A DNA stretch of 64,000 nt from Armatimonadota bacterium (GCA_963677485.1 OY781964.1:1440001-1504000), one strand, 5' to 3'; counted from the stretch's first letter, positions 21,119 through 30,869 are shown. The notes: generated by a model from the letters alone, not told the origin. Translations and numbers: made by a program.

Positions 21119-22615
21119 ATGATACTGATACCCCTGCTGTTCTATCTATCTGCCATGATCGGTGTACTCGTGTGGAACATTACGGCTTGTATCATCGTTC
21201 GACGCAGCAAAGATAGATACCCGCGCTGGGGCCGGTGGTGCTGCTATATCGCCACGGTGCTCATGCTGCCCGGACTGGTCTGCGATGTGGATGGTATGAC
21301 CCCGAATCCGCCTTCGACCACATTCGGTGCCTGGCTCTACCCCCTGTCGTTCGTCATGGCTGCCGGGGCCGCCGTCGCTTTTCGTTCTACATCCGGGCCA
21401 CGCCGCTGGTTCATACCGATACTGGCGTTCAACCTCTTGATGGCGTGGGTTTATTCAGCCCGTTTGCTGTTATACCACGGGGTTCCGCTCGGTCTGGCAT
21501 TGGAAGGTCAACAGGTCGCATACGCCATGGTGCAATCGGTCATGACGATATTCCTTTATGTGTTCTTCCCAATATTGAACTGGTGGCCTGTTCTGCCCTG
21601 GCCTGTGCCATCATCTCAATCGCGCTGGCGGGTCTTGCGCGTATTACCGTCTATTGCGGCCGCACTCATCGTGTCGGCAAACATCGTAATGACGCCGTTT
21701 GGCATACGGATTGCCAATAGCTGGCGCAACCCCCTGCCAGTGGCCAGTGCGACGATACCCTCCACTTTTCGGCCCGGTCTCGTGCTGCGTGTGTCGGCTG
21801 AGCCGGGAGCGTGGGAGAAGAGAGCACCTGTGCAGCTTGCGGCGATACGCGAGCTTCGCCCCCGCGCGGTCAACCTGTTTGTCCACGACGACTTGATGCG
21901 GAATCAGGTCAAAGCGAAGGCATTGGAGCGTTTCATTAACGAGATCAAAGCCACTGGAGCGTCTATCATATTGACGGCCGACTACCCTTCAGATTGGCCG
22001 CTCCGCCCGCCAAAAACACGCGAGCAGATACTACGGGTGATGCTGCCTTACCAGCGGTTCCTGGCACGCCGCTATGAACCGGAATACCTGGTGCCTTTCA
22101 TCGAACCGTATGGAGCGTTTGTCGCGGTGACGGGACGTACGCTGCCCGCCAGCGAATGGATGGCACTGCTGCGGGCATCGGCCACCGCGGTGCATTCAGA
22201 GAGCCCCAAGGTCCGATGTGCGGTCTACCTCGGTCAGGCCGAGACCGACCGGCTGCTTTACACGCAGGTCTGTATGAAGGGATCGCCTGTCGATGTCGTG
22301 GGTTTCAGCTTCTACGCTGTGTATCAAACGCGAGAGGAGATGGCCCCCAGACTCCGCTCCGTCGCACGCTGGATTCGCGATTACGGTCGGGGTCGAGAGC
22401 ATTGGGTGTTCGAGTATGGCCAGTCGCCAGTGACCATGGGTGGAGAGCGGTCACAGCGGAACTACCTGGAGTATGTGATGCGCTGGGCGGCTGATCAGCC
22501 CAACATGCGCGGGGCGTGCGTGTTTTCTTTAGATGACGAGGCCGAAAAGCTTGGGCTCATGACGGCCCAGGGCCGTCAACGTGAGGCGTACCGTTGGTTC
22601 CGTGGCCTGAGATGA
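21119..22615 (+). CDS. Membrane protein with C-terminal glycoside-hydrolase-like TIM-barrel domain
   Basis: About 6 hydrophobic helices, then FIEP, DVVGFSFY, WVFEYG, CVFSLDD, LGL motifs. Confidence 0.6.
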   Translation: MILIPLLFYLSAMIGVLVWNITACIIVRRSKDRYPRWGRWCCYIATVLMLPGLVCDVDGMTPNPPSTTFGAWLYPLSFVMAAGAAVAFRSTSGPRRWFIPILAFNLLMAWVYSARLLLYHGVPLGLALEGQQVAYAMVQSVMTIFLYVFFPILNWWPVLPWPVPSSQSRWRVLRVLPSIAAALIVSANIVMTPFGIRIANSWRNPLPVASATIPSTFRPGLVLRVSAEPGAWEKRAPVQLAAIRELRPRAVNLFVHDDLMRNQVKAKALERFINEIKATGASIILTADYPSDWPLRPPKTREQILRVMLPYQRFLARRYEPEYLVPFIEPYGAFVAVTGRTLPASEWMALLRASATAVHSESPKVRCAVYLGQAETDRLLYTQVCMKGSPVDVVGFSFYAVYQTREEMAPRLRSVARWIRDYGRGREHWVFEYGQSPVTMGGERSQRNYLEYVMRWAADQPNMRGACVFSLDDEAEKLGLMTAQGRQREAYRWFRGLR

Positions 22616-22643
22616 GCCGAAGGCCGGCCCAGTTTTTTCGCCT

Positions 22644-24860
22644 TTACCCCCTGCGCCGTTCGTGCTTCTCATCCTGCGGGTTCACGCGGTGTATCTCTAG
22701 CACGTCACTGAGCTTGTGCAGGTGGTCCATCACCCTGCGCAGGTGCTCCACACTCCGCACATTCAGCGTGACCTTTAGATTGGCCACAGAGTCGTCATCT
22801 AAAAATGCGTCGAGGGTATAAATACCGGCGCTGCAGTCGGTCAGTGCTTGCGACACACTGCTGATCAGTCCCGTCCGTTCCGCGGCGGTGATGCGCACAG
22901 GGGTGTGATACGTCACGTCCGGCTGTTCTTCCCACTCAAAACGACATACATTGTCCGGATCGGACATACGCTGTGTAAAGAATTTCGCACAGTCCGCCCT
23001 ATGTACTGTAATGCCACGACTTTTTGGCGGCCGCCAGCCATATACAGCATCACCTGGCAAAGGCAGGCAGCACGTGGCTCGCCGTAACAGGTTGTGCAAT
23101 ATGCAGAGTTTTGGCCCTTCGCGGTGTTCCCGCAGCAACCGCGTGATGGCTCTATCGGCACTGAACTGCCCATCCCCCAGCCCAGACAGGAAGGCATCGG
23201 CACCACCCAGTCCCAGCCGTTTTGCCATCTGCAGGATCGCCTCAGGTGTCAACATCTGCTGCGGATCGGGACCAAATCGAGAAGCGGCGGCGAGGAGCAT
23301 CTGTCGACCCTTTTCGATATTGCTTGCCAAAGCTTGCTTGCGGATGCTGGTCTTGATCGCCCTGAGAGCTAAAGGTGTGTGAGCATGGTTTAACCAGTGG
23401 ACCGAAGGCATCACATCTGGTTTCGTAATGATCTCGACCACATCACCCTTTTTCAGGATCGTATTCATGAACACGGGAGTTCGGTTGATGATGGCACCAG
23501 AATAGTGCATACCCAGTTCCGAGTGAATACGGAAAGCAAAATCGAGCGGTGTGGAACCCGCCTGTAAATCCACGACATCGCCCTTCGGTGTAAACACAGT
23601 GATCGAGGTACCGCCCAGATCTTCACGCAGCAGGCGCAGATACTCGTCGGGTTCGACATCCTTCTCCTGTGTCCACAACAAAAGCTGCTGCTGCAGTTTG
23701 GCGAAACGCTGTTCCAGCTTACAGTTGTGTGCGGGAGACTCCCCGTCGCGCCAGTAGGAGGCCAGACCGTAGTCGGCACTACGGTGCATCTCCTGGCTGC
23801 GTATCAAAATCCGCATTTCCATGCCGTTATGCCCAACCACCGTGGTATGCAGGGCCTCATACAGGTTCGAACGGCTTCTGGCTATGAAATCCTCGAATTT
23901 ACCAGGCACAGGCAGCCATAATCCATGCACAATGCCAAGTGTCTCGTAGCAACTGCTCACAGAAGGCACCACCACGACAATCGAAAACAGATCGAATATC
24001 TGCTCGGCACTCAACTCACCGCGGTGGGTTTTCATCACTACTTCGTAGAGGTGACGCTTCTGAACCATCACACTGGCATTCACACTACGGCCATAGAAGG
24101 CATTTCGGAGATCGTTGATCGCACTGCTCAGGATATATCCCTGCTTGGCGAAGGTGGCATCCATCTGAATGCGCATATTCTTGGCGAGGTGGGGCTCAAG
24201 TTCACTAAATGCGATATCCTCAAGCTCAGTTCGGATGGGCCATACTCCCAGCTTTTCGGCAAGAGGGGCGTATATCTGCAGCGTTTCGGCAGCCAGGCGT
24301 CTCCGTTTGGCGGCACTGGGAAGAGCACCCAGACTGCGCATATTATGCAGCCTGTCAGCCAGCTTCACCGCCAACACTCGAATGTCCTTCGCCACACCAT
24401 ACAGGATTTTACGCAGCGTCTGGGCTTTAGCACGCGTATCGCTCAGTTCCCTCACGCGGTCAGGATTGGTGGCCTCCACATCGATGTCTTCTGGTGTCAC
24501 CATATCACGTGGGATTTTGGTCACAGCGTCTACAATTTCCGCCACTTCATGCCCGAAGTGAGCACGCACCATCTCCAGATCGACTTGAGGGCAATCCTCC
24601 ACCGTGTCGTGCAGCAGCGCAGCCTGCACCGTCGGTGGGTCCATTTCCAGGTGCGCCACGATCTCAGCCACACTCAGGGGATGCTCTATGTAAGGCGTGA
24701 CGTGATCCGCACGCATCTGCCCTGTATGTGCCTCATAAGCGAATAGAAATGTCCGCTCAATCAACCCCTCGGGACAATTCGGATAGGCGGTCATAATGGT
24801 GTCTTGAAGTTTGGCTACGCGTTTCGCAAAGCGATCGGGTATTGCCTGTAAATTGCTCAT
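22644..24860 (-). CDS. Long RSH protein, predicted hydrolase-only (SpoT-like): HD, pseudo-SYNTH, TGS, ZFD, ACT
   Basis: Intact HTGQMR, HP, LLHDTVED, KLADRLHNMR; synthetase motifs degenerate (QKRH, DFIARSRSN, RILIRS); ATG at 24860 overlaps upstream TGA. Confidence 0.85.
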   Translation of the reverse strand: MSNLQAIPDRFAKRVAKLQDTIMTAYPNCPEGLIERTFLFAYEAHTGQMRADHVTPYIEHPLSVAEIVAHLEMDPPTVQAALLHDTVEDCPQVDLEMVRAHFGHEVAEIVDAVTKIPRDMVTPEDIDVEATNPDRVRELSDTRAKAQTLRKILYGVAKDIRVLAVKLADRLHNMRSLGALPSAAKRRRLAAETLQIYAPLAEKLGVWPIRTELEDIAFSELEPHLAKNMRIQMDATFAKQGYILSSAINDLRNAFYGRSVNASVMVQKRHLYEVVMKTHRGELSAEQIFDLFSIVVVVPSVSSCYETLGIVHGLWLPVPGKFEDFIARSRSNLYEALHTTVVGHNGMEMRILIRSQEMHRSADYGLASYWRDGESPAHNCKLEQRFAKLQQQLLLWTQEKDVEPDEYLRLLREDLGGTSITVFTPKGDVVDLQAGSTPLDFAFRIHSELGMHYSGAIINRTPVFMNTILKKGDVVEIITKPDVMPSVHWLNHAHTPLALRAIKTSIRKQALASNIEKGRQMLLAAASRFGPDPQQMLTPEAILQMAKRLGLGGADAFLSGLGDGQFSADRAITRLLREHREGPKLCILHNLLRRATCCLPLPGDAVYGWRPPKSRGITVHRADCAKFFTQRMSDPDNVCRFEWEEQPDVTYHTPVRITAAERTGLISSVSQALTDCSAGIYTLDAFLDDDSVANLKVTLNVRSVEHLRRVMDHLHKLSDVLEIHRVNPQDEKHERRRG

Positions 24861-27124
24861 AATGCCTCTTCCTGCGGGCCTTCGCGGCGCACCAAAAGCA
24901 CAGACGGCACACTCCGGCAACGGTCGATCAATGTTTGCAGATGGCTTAGCCCCGTGACCTCACAGCAGATGTCTGTGACCGAACTAGCCTGTTTCGTGAC
25001 TTTGGACTTAAAGCTGGTGATGTTGGTTTTGGTGTCGCTAAAGTTGGAGATGATCTCGGGCCAAATACCATGCCTGTCCATGAACTCGATGCGTACGGTG
25101 GCACTAAAAACTTCGCCTGCCCGCTCGTTCCACTCAATCAACACCAGCCGTTCCGGCTCAGTGCGCTGATAGTTCTTCGCGTTTGGGCAGCAAGAACGGT
25201 GCATCATCAGTCCACGACCGCGGCTGGTATACCCCAGCACCACATCGCCAGGGATCGGTGAGCAGCAGCGTCCCCGCTTGATCATGACATTATCGATGCC
25301 GCCCACAACCAGTTTGGTCTCTTTTTCAACCACCTTGCTGATGGGTGTAATCAGCTCGTTAGTCACAGGGGCGTCAGGCAACAGCCGCTGACCGATGGCC
25401 TGTGCGGAGGCGCGACCATCGGCTACTGCGGCGTAGACGTCGTCGATATCGTGGAAGCTCATGCGTCGCACGATCTCATCAAGCGCGTCCGGCCTCAGCA
25501 GTTCGTGCGGTTCGAGCCCTAGCCGCTCCGCCTCCTTTTCAAGAAGCTCGCGGCCACGCTGCACATTCGCATCATGGTCTAGTTTGCGGAAAAAGTTTCG
25601 TATCTTACTGCGGGCATGGTTAGTTTTGACAAAGTTCAGCCAGTCACGGCTGGGTTCCGCGTTGGAGCGGGTGACGATCTCCACCACATCCCCGTTCTTC
25701 AGTTGCGTGTTGACGGGGGTCATACGGCCATTGACCTTGGCACCCACGCAGAGATTACCCATGTTAGTATGCACGCGGTAAGCGAAGTCGATGGGTGTAG
25801 AGCCCGCAACCAGGTCTACCACCTCACCCTTGGGTGTGAACACAAAAACCAGGTCGCTGAACAGGTTTTTTACCACGCTGCCAAGGAATGTGGTGTCTTC
25901 GCGGCCTTCTACCTGCCAGTTAAATAACTGCTGCCGCAGGTTGGTCATACGCCGCTCGAAGGTGTCATCCCCAGATCCGCCCTCTTTATACTGCCAGTGG
26001 GCGGCCAGCCCAAAGTCGGCGTTGCGGTGCATCTGCCAGGTACGTATCTGCACCTCCAGCGGCTGCTGGTTAGGCCCGAATACTTTAGTGTGGATGCTCT
26101 GGTAGAGGTTACTTTTCGGTCTGGCGATGTAATCATCAAAGCGGTTTGGAATCGGCTGCCACAGATCATGCACAATGCCCAGCGTATGGTAGCAGTCGCC
26201 AACCGTCTCGGTGATCACCCGCAAGGCTAACAGGTCAAAAATCTGATCGAGGTCCAACTGCTCTTTGATCATCTTATTGTAGATGCTATATAGGTGCTTG
26301 GGCCGGCCCTGCACCTCGGCGTTGATGCCCTCGCGTTCCAGTCGGTTCTTCAAGATGCCGATGGCCCGCTGGATATCGCGTTCGCGAACCTGCCGAGTGG
26401 AAGAGACCCTGGTGGCCAGTTGATGATAGGCTTCGGGGTTCCGCAGTTTGAAAGAAAGGTCTTCCAGCTCCCATTTCAACTGCCACACACCCAGGCGATG
26501 GCTCAACGGCGCATAGATGGCCAGAGTCTCTTCTGCGATCCGCTGCTGAGTATGTTGATCATACATATCGGCACTTCGGAGCTGGTGAAGGCGGTCGGCA
26601 AGTTTCAATACAATCACACGCAGGTCGCGCGACATCGCCAGAAGTATCTTACGGAGGTTCACCGCCGCAGCCTGTTGTATTTTCATCCGGCGGCGGCGGT
26701 CATGGTCGGTTTCGTCCTCAGCTACCTCATCCACATCGCGCAGCTCGAACACGCTGAGCGTGCTGATGCTATGCACAATGCCGGCTACTTCGTCACCGAA
26801 GCGGGCTTTTAAAGTATCAAGGGTGACCAACTGGCGGGGATAATACGTATTATGCAGGATGGCAGCGCAGATAGCCGCCGCATCCATTTCGAGGCCGATG
26901 AGTATTTGCGCGACTTGCACGGGGTGTTCGAAGAGTTCGAGGTGGGTGGTTTCGTCGATGTTGTTCAACATCACGGACTTGGCGAATTCGGCAGCCGCGA
27001 GGATAGCCGCACGCTCTTCTTCTGTATGAGTTTCAGGCAGTTCAGCTAGCAGCTTTTGAACCTGAAGATCATACCGCTTTGATACTGCGTCAAGGCTTAT
27101 GTCGATGTGCTCTGTTGTACCCAT
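24857..27124 (-). CDS. Long RSH protein, predicted synthetase-only (RelA-like): pseudo-HD, SYNTH, TGS, ZFD, ACT
   Basis: Intact GRPKHLYSI, DLLALR, DYIARPKSNLYQSIHT, EVQIRT; HD motif reads ILHNTYYP; start MGTTEH at 27124. Confidence 0.88.
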   Translation of the reverse strand: MGTTEHIDISLDAVSKRYDLQVQKLLAELPETHTEEERAAILAAAEFAKSVMLNNIDETTHLELFEHPVQVAQILIGLEMDAAAICAAILHNTYYPRQLVTLDTLKARFGDEVAGIVHSISTLSVFELRDVDEVAEDETDHDRRRRMKIQQAAAVNLRKILLAMSRDLRVIVLKLADRLHQLRSADMYDQHTQQRIAEETLAIYAPLSHRLGVWQLKWELEDLSFKLRNPEAYHQLATRVSSTRQVRERDIQRAIGILKNRLEREGINAEVQGRPKHLYSIYNKMIKEQLDLDQIFDLLALRVITETVGDCYHTLGIVHDLWQPIPNRFDDYIARPKSNLYQSIHTKVFGPNQQPLEVQIRTWQMHRNADFGLAAHWQYKEGGSGDDTFERRMTNLRQQLFNWQVEGREDTTFLGSVVKNLFSDLVFVFTPKGEVVDLVAGSTPIDFAYRVHTNMGNLCVGAKVNGRMTPVNTQLKNGDVVEIVTRSNAEPSRDWLNFVKTNHARSKIRNFFRKLDHDANVQRGRELLEKEAERLGLEPHELLRPDALDEIVRRMSFHDIDDVYAAVADGRASAQAIGQRLLPDAPVTNELITPISKVVEKETKLVVGGIDNVMIKRGRCCSPIPGDVVLGYTSRGRGLMMHRSCCPNAKNYQRTEPERLVLIEWNERAGEVFSATVRIEFMDRHGIWPEIISNFSDTKTNITSFKSKVTKQASSVTDICCEVTGLSHLQTLIDRCRSVPSVLLVRREGPQEEAL

Positions 27125-27154
27125 GCTGGGGTCAATACCACCGTTGTCTACTGT

Positions 27155-27167
27155 TTTTATATTATAC
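27155..27167. other. Candidate attL core (contains minus-strand TATAAT 37 nt upstream of the RSH start)
   Basis: TTTTATATTATAC identical to 58117-58129; arm-like CTCATATTTAGACTC at 27261-27275. Confidence 0.65.
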
Positions 27168-27367
27168 TCAACAATCGCACCTGGATGACTTGAGCACACT
27201 ACGCCACATATTTACACCTATAAGCGCACTGTATAACATGTTAGCGCACCGTGCGTGTGTCTCATATTTAGACTCCGGCGCGGTGACATTCAAATGAGAA
27301 TGAAGCGCGCTGAGCCATTTGTTGTCATTCAACTCGACTTAATGTTAGTGATTGCGGGAGGCACACT

Positions 27368-28195
27368 ATGAAGCTCGTTAAGGCGCAGAAATTTACTCCA
27401 TTCCCCTCTTCTATTATAAGATCAGGGTTGTGGGCGCAGCTGTCAGCATCGGCGAAAGCCGTCTATGTCTGTCTGCTTGATCGGTCCGATGGAAACACCT
27501 GCAAGTGTTGGCCAAGCTATGCTACGATCGCGAAAGATGCGGGTATCTGCAGGGCATCGGCAATCGTGGCTGTGAAGGAACTTATGACCAAGGAACTGGT
27601 GATAATAGAAGCCAGGCATGACGACGAAGGCGACCAGGCAAGCAACATCTACACTATGATGGTGCCGGACGATGAGCAGGAATACCCTAGTGTAAATAAT
27701 GCACTAGGTAGTCCAGAAAATAGACCACCCCAGTCTAAAAATCAGACTACCGGTAGTCCAAATTCTAGACCCGAACGAGACCCAATTGAACCAGACCCAT
27801 TGAACGGAGATTCCCCTACGGGATCGGCTGCCGCCGATGCGCCTCACAAAGCGATCAAACCCGATGTTTATCAAGCCGTTCTCGAGGTCTACAACCTCGC
27901 GTGGATGCCGGAACCTCCGAAGAGTGAGGTTGGGCGGGTGCTGAAATACATGAAAGAGGCCCTTAGCAGCGGGTGGGACACGCAGCGCATCGCCACCGCC
28001 TGGATGAATGCCCGCAAACACGCCACAAACCCACACTTCTGGACGCTGTCGTATTGCCTGGTGCACCTGACCGAGGCGGAGGCGATGACCTCGCGGCCTG
28101 GTGGCAAGCCGCCAAAGTTGACCGATGAAGAGCTTGAGGCACGGGCAAGGGCGAACGCACAAAGCGTGCAGGGGGTGCTCCACAATGACCGATGA
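27368..28195 (+). CDS. Phage replication initiator (HTH_36 / O-like)
   Basis: LSASAKAVY, CWPSYATIAKDAG, SNIY; low-complexity linker containing iterons. Confidence 0.8.
   Translation: MKLVKAQKFTPFPSSIIRSGLWAQLSASAKAVYVCLLDRSDGNTCKCWPSYATIAKDAGICRASAIVAVKELMTKELVIIEARHDDEGDQASNIYTMMVPDDEQEYPSVNNALGSPENRPPQSKNQTTGSPNSRPERDPIEPDPLNGDSPTGSAAADAPHKAIKPDVYQAVLEVYNLAWMPEPPKSEVGRVLKYMKEALSSGWDTQRIATAWMNARKHATNPHFWTLSYCLVHLTEAEAMTSRPGGKPPKLTDEELEARARANAQSVQGVLHNDR
27687..27773. other. Putative phage replication origin iterons inside rep
   Basis: Four ~21-bp imperfect palindromic units (AGT..A-rich..AC) spaced 21-23 bp, as for lambda O iterons. Confidence 0.55.
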
Positions 28196-28814
28196 GAGAT
28201 TCGCCGACGCGATGGCGTTCTTCGCCATCACCTACGGCGCGGAATACAGCGCGAAGCAGCAGACCATGTGGCGGGTGCAGATCGAACGCCACAACATCAG
28301 CGACGCGGAGTTCGACGCGGCATTGGATAAGTTTTTGATGACCAAGGAGTCGAACTTCATGCCGCGCACACCCGGCGCGGTGCTGTGCTACGTGGTGGAT
28401 GCCCGCCAGCAGGCGAAGATCGAGGGCTTGCCGACTGTCACTGAGGCCGCTATCGAAGTGCGGCGCAAGCTTGACGCCTACGGCCCGATGCCGGAGTATT
28501 CGCATCCACTGATACGCCTGGCTGTCGAGAGCATCGGATATTCAAGCCTGGTAAGGTATGACAGTGTGAAGCTGCAAGAGATATTCGGATATCGATATGG
28601 AGAGCTGCGGAAAAACTACCTCGAAGGCGGCGGTGAGGCTATTATGCAACGGATCGAGGCAGGAAAGAAGCCAAAGCAGCTAACAGGCGGCAATGTATCC
28701 TCTGGGAATTACCGCGAAGTGGCCCAGGAGCCGCCTGCACCACGCGGCGCGCCATCGAATGCGCTGCAAGCGATGCTGGCAAGGATCGGGAACCTCAGGG
28801 TGGCTACAAAGTGA
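28185..28814 (+). CDS. Replication accessory protein (helicase loader/inhibitor-like)
   Basis: Follows rep; W...FDAAL...FMP and AVESIG motifs. Confidence 0.5.
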   Translation: MTDERFADAMAFFAITYGAEYSAKQQTMWRVQIERHNISDAEFDAALDKFLMTKESNFMPRTPGAVLCYVVDARQQAKIEGLPTVTEAAIEVRRKLDAYGPMPEYSHPLIRLAVESIGYSSLVRYDSVKLQEIFGYRYGELRKNYLEGGGEAIMQRIEAGKKPKQLTGGNVSSGNYREVAQEPPAPRGAPSNALQAMLARIGNLRVATK

Positions 28815-29218
28815 TCACAAAATGCGTAATCATGCCGATTCACACAAAGTGGCTGGACCTGATAATTAACGGCGAGAAAATCATCGAACTGCGGCGCCAG
28901 GACCTGAGGGAAGGCATCCACACCGTGCTCTTCTATGAATGCAAAACTGGGCAAATCACCGCGGCTGCGGAGGTGCTCAGCTTATCGATGAAGTCGATCC
29001 ACACTCTGGAAAGTCAATACTCACGCCACACATGTGTCACATCGTCGGAATTGAGCAAATACGCAGCTGGTAACCAATGGCTATTATGCATCGTGCTGAT
29101 GGACGCTATTCGCCTTACAACACCCATCACGCTTGCTGAAGTTGGTTTGACCCGCGCACCACAGTCATACGTTTACAGAGATATCGACTGTAGCCGGCTG
29201 CAAGGAGTAAGCGAATGA
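28811..29218 (+). CDS. ASCH/PUA-like domain protein
   Basis: IHTKWLDLIINGEKIIELRR ... RAPQSYVY. Confidence 0.75.
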   Translation: MITKCVIMPIHTKWLDLIINGEKIIELRRQDLREGIHTVLFYECKTGQITAAAEVLSLSMKSIHTLESQYSRHTCVTSSELSKYAAGNQWLLCIVLMDAIRLTTPITLAEVGLTRAPQSYVYRDIDCSRLQGVSE

Positions 29219-29502
29219 GGAAGCCATCGGAGTTCATAGGCCATCACCTGATGGCCGCAAATGGCCGCATGTGGAGCTGCAGGGCGTGCGGCGGGTCGTA
29301 TGTGGTGGTAGGCCACACGCTGGACACAAAGGGCAAGGTGGCCTATCTGCGCGGGCTATGCAGCAACTGCCTAGCTGAGAGCTACCGCAACTACAGCGAG
29401 GGCCAGCGGCCAATAGAGGCCAAGTGGCCGGTGAAGCTAGCGATGATCAGAAACGACCGATGGCCCGCATGGGCCTCTAAAGGAGTATTCGACTGTGAGT
29501 GA
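29215..29502 (+). CDS. Hypothetical phage protein with two CxxC motifs
   Basis: Coupled ORF. Confidence 0.55.
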   Translation: MRKPSEFIGHHLMAANGRMWSCRACGGSYVVVGHTLDTKGKVAYLRGLCSNCLAESYRNYSEGQRPIEAKWPVKLAMIRNDRWPAWASKGVFDCE

Positions 29503-29977
29503 AAATCAAGCGCAGCACCTTACAAAGGTGCAAGGACGTGCATATCTGCCAGTGGATGCCCGCATCGTGGCATTCAGGGAGGATCACCCAGAGTGGGCAA
29601 TCGAGACCGAGGTGACCTTTACGGATGACATGAACGCGTGCATCGTGAAGTGCTCGGTGAAGGACGAAACCGGGCGTGTGCTGGCAAACGGCCACAAGAA
29701 GGAGAGCTCGGCAGCATTCGCGGACTTCGTGGAGAAGGCTGAGACGGGCGCGATCGGGCGGGCGCTGAAGTTGATGGGATATGGAACCCTTAACGCACTG
29801 AATGAGGCGGGCGCGCCATGTGGTGATAAAATACAGACAGATACACCTGCAAATATACCCACTGCTGAGGCGTGCGTATCCTGCGGGTGTGTGTTGACCG
29901 CTGGGCAGGCTGCGCTGGCCATGAAGCGGTATGAGCGGCTGATCTGTGGCGCGTGCCAGAAGGGAGCGGGGAAGTGA
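29495..29977 (+). CDS. Putative single-strand annealing (Rad52/Erf-like) protein with C-terminal Zn ribbon
   Basis: YLPVDARIVAFREDHP, EKAETGAIGRAL, CxxC...CxxC. Confidence 0.55.
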   Translation: MSENQAQHLTKVQGRAYLPVDARIVAFREDHPEWAIETEVTFTDDMNACIVKCSVKDETGRVLANGHKKESSAAFADFVEKAETGAIGRALKLMGYGTLNALNEAGAPCGDKIQTDTPANIPTAEACVSCGCVLTAGQAALAMKRYERLICGACQKGAGK

Positions 29978-30195
29978 AAAGCGAAACAAAGATGATACCT
30001 GTGACGGTCGCGTTACAAGGCGAATGCTGCCATCAAACGTGCCCGCAGCTTAGAATGCGAGATGCTGGCCGTGGTGATGCATGGCGCTGTAAGTGGTTGG
30101 ACTGCAAACTTGAGAAGTGCTTCATGCCCAATCAGCCTGCCTTTCGAGCATTCCAATGCATTGAGGTATTTGGGGATGGAGAAGAAGCCAGTTGA
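29974..30195 (+). CDS. Hypothetical Cys-rich phage protein
   Basis: Coupled GTG start. Confidence 0.45.
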   Translation: MKSETKMIPVTVALQGECCHQTCPQLRMRDAGRGDAWRCKWLDCKLEKCFMPNQPAFRAFQCIEVFGDGEEAS

Positions 30196-30512
30196 GTGAC
30201 TACGAGAACCAACTTGCCTTGCAACTGAAGCTCACCGGTCACGCTGATGTGGTGACTGAGCTGAGGTTTGCAGATGGCAGGCGGTTCCGGTTTGATGTGG
30301 CGTTGCCAGCGCATCAGTTGGCAGTGGAGATCGACGGCGGCTGCTTCAATGGTGGCCGCCATGTGTCGGCGGCGGGCATACGGTCCGAGCATGAGAAGAG
30401 TTACCTTGCGGCGTTGTATGGTTGGAGAGTGATCCACGTGTTGCCAGAAGATGTGCGCTCTGGGGTGGCGTTGGCGCGCATTGAGAAGGTGATCCGTGGA
30501 TGTGGAGGCTGA
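30192..30512 (+). CDS. PD-(D/E)XK endonuclease, DUF559/Vsr-like
   Basis: RRFRFDVA, LAVEIDGG, GWRVI. Confidence 0.75.
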   Translation: MSDYENQLALQLKLTGHADVVTELRFADGRRFRFDVALPAHQLAVEIDGGCFNGGRHVSAAGIRSEHEKSYLAALYGWRVIHVLPEDVRSGVALARIEKVIRGCGG

Positions 30513-30869
30513 ATGACTGAGCATCCGTGGCGTGATCTGGTTCATTTCACCGACATCGATCAGTTCGCGATACGATTGGAGCAGTTGGAGTATTGGCCTG
30601 TGTGCAGCGTGTGTGGCGGGTTAGTCAAAGAGGAACTGGCGCAGGCTGTGCGTAAGGGCGTGCTCACGAACCGTGAGTGTATGGTGCTAATTGCCATCAT
30701 GCACGGCGTGCGTGCGAAGCAGATTGCGCCCATGATGGGCATCACCGAGCGCGGCGTGAACATCGCATACAAGCGCGCTTGTAAGGCCATCAACGAGTGG
30801 CGTGATTGCGGCGTAACCACCGCATTGCTTGAGGCGTTTGGGCGTGGAGCGTTGGAGATCATCGAATGA
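30513..30869 (+). CDS. LuxR/sigma-70 region 4-type HTH regulator (probable late activator)
   Basis: LTNRE...G...KQIA..MGITERGV; position just before the packaging genes. Confidence 0.65.
   Translation: MTEHPWRDLVHFTDIDQFAIRLEQLEYWPVCSVCGGLVKEELAQAVRKGVLTNRECMVLIAIMHGVRAKQIAPMMGITERGVNIAYKRACKAINEWRDCGVTTALLEAFGRGALEIIE

Noticed and set aside
27125-27199. N-terminal extension of the RSH ORF to 27199 (and of the second RSH to 24920)
   Set aside because: The first crosses the att core and -10 element; the second overlaps the upstream gene. ATGs at 27124 and 24860 fit better.
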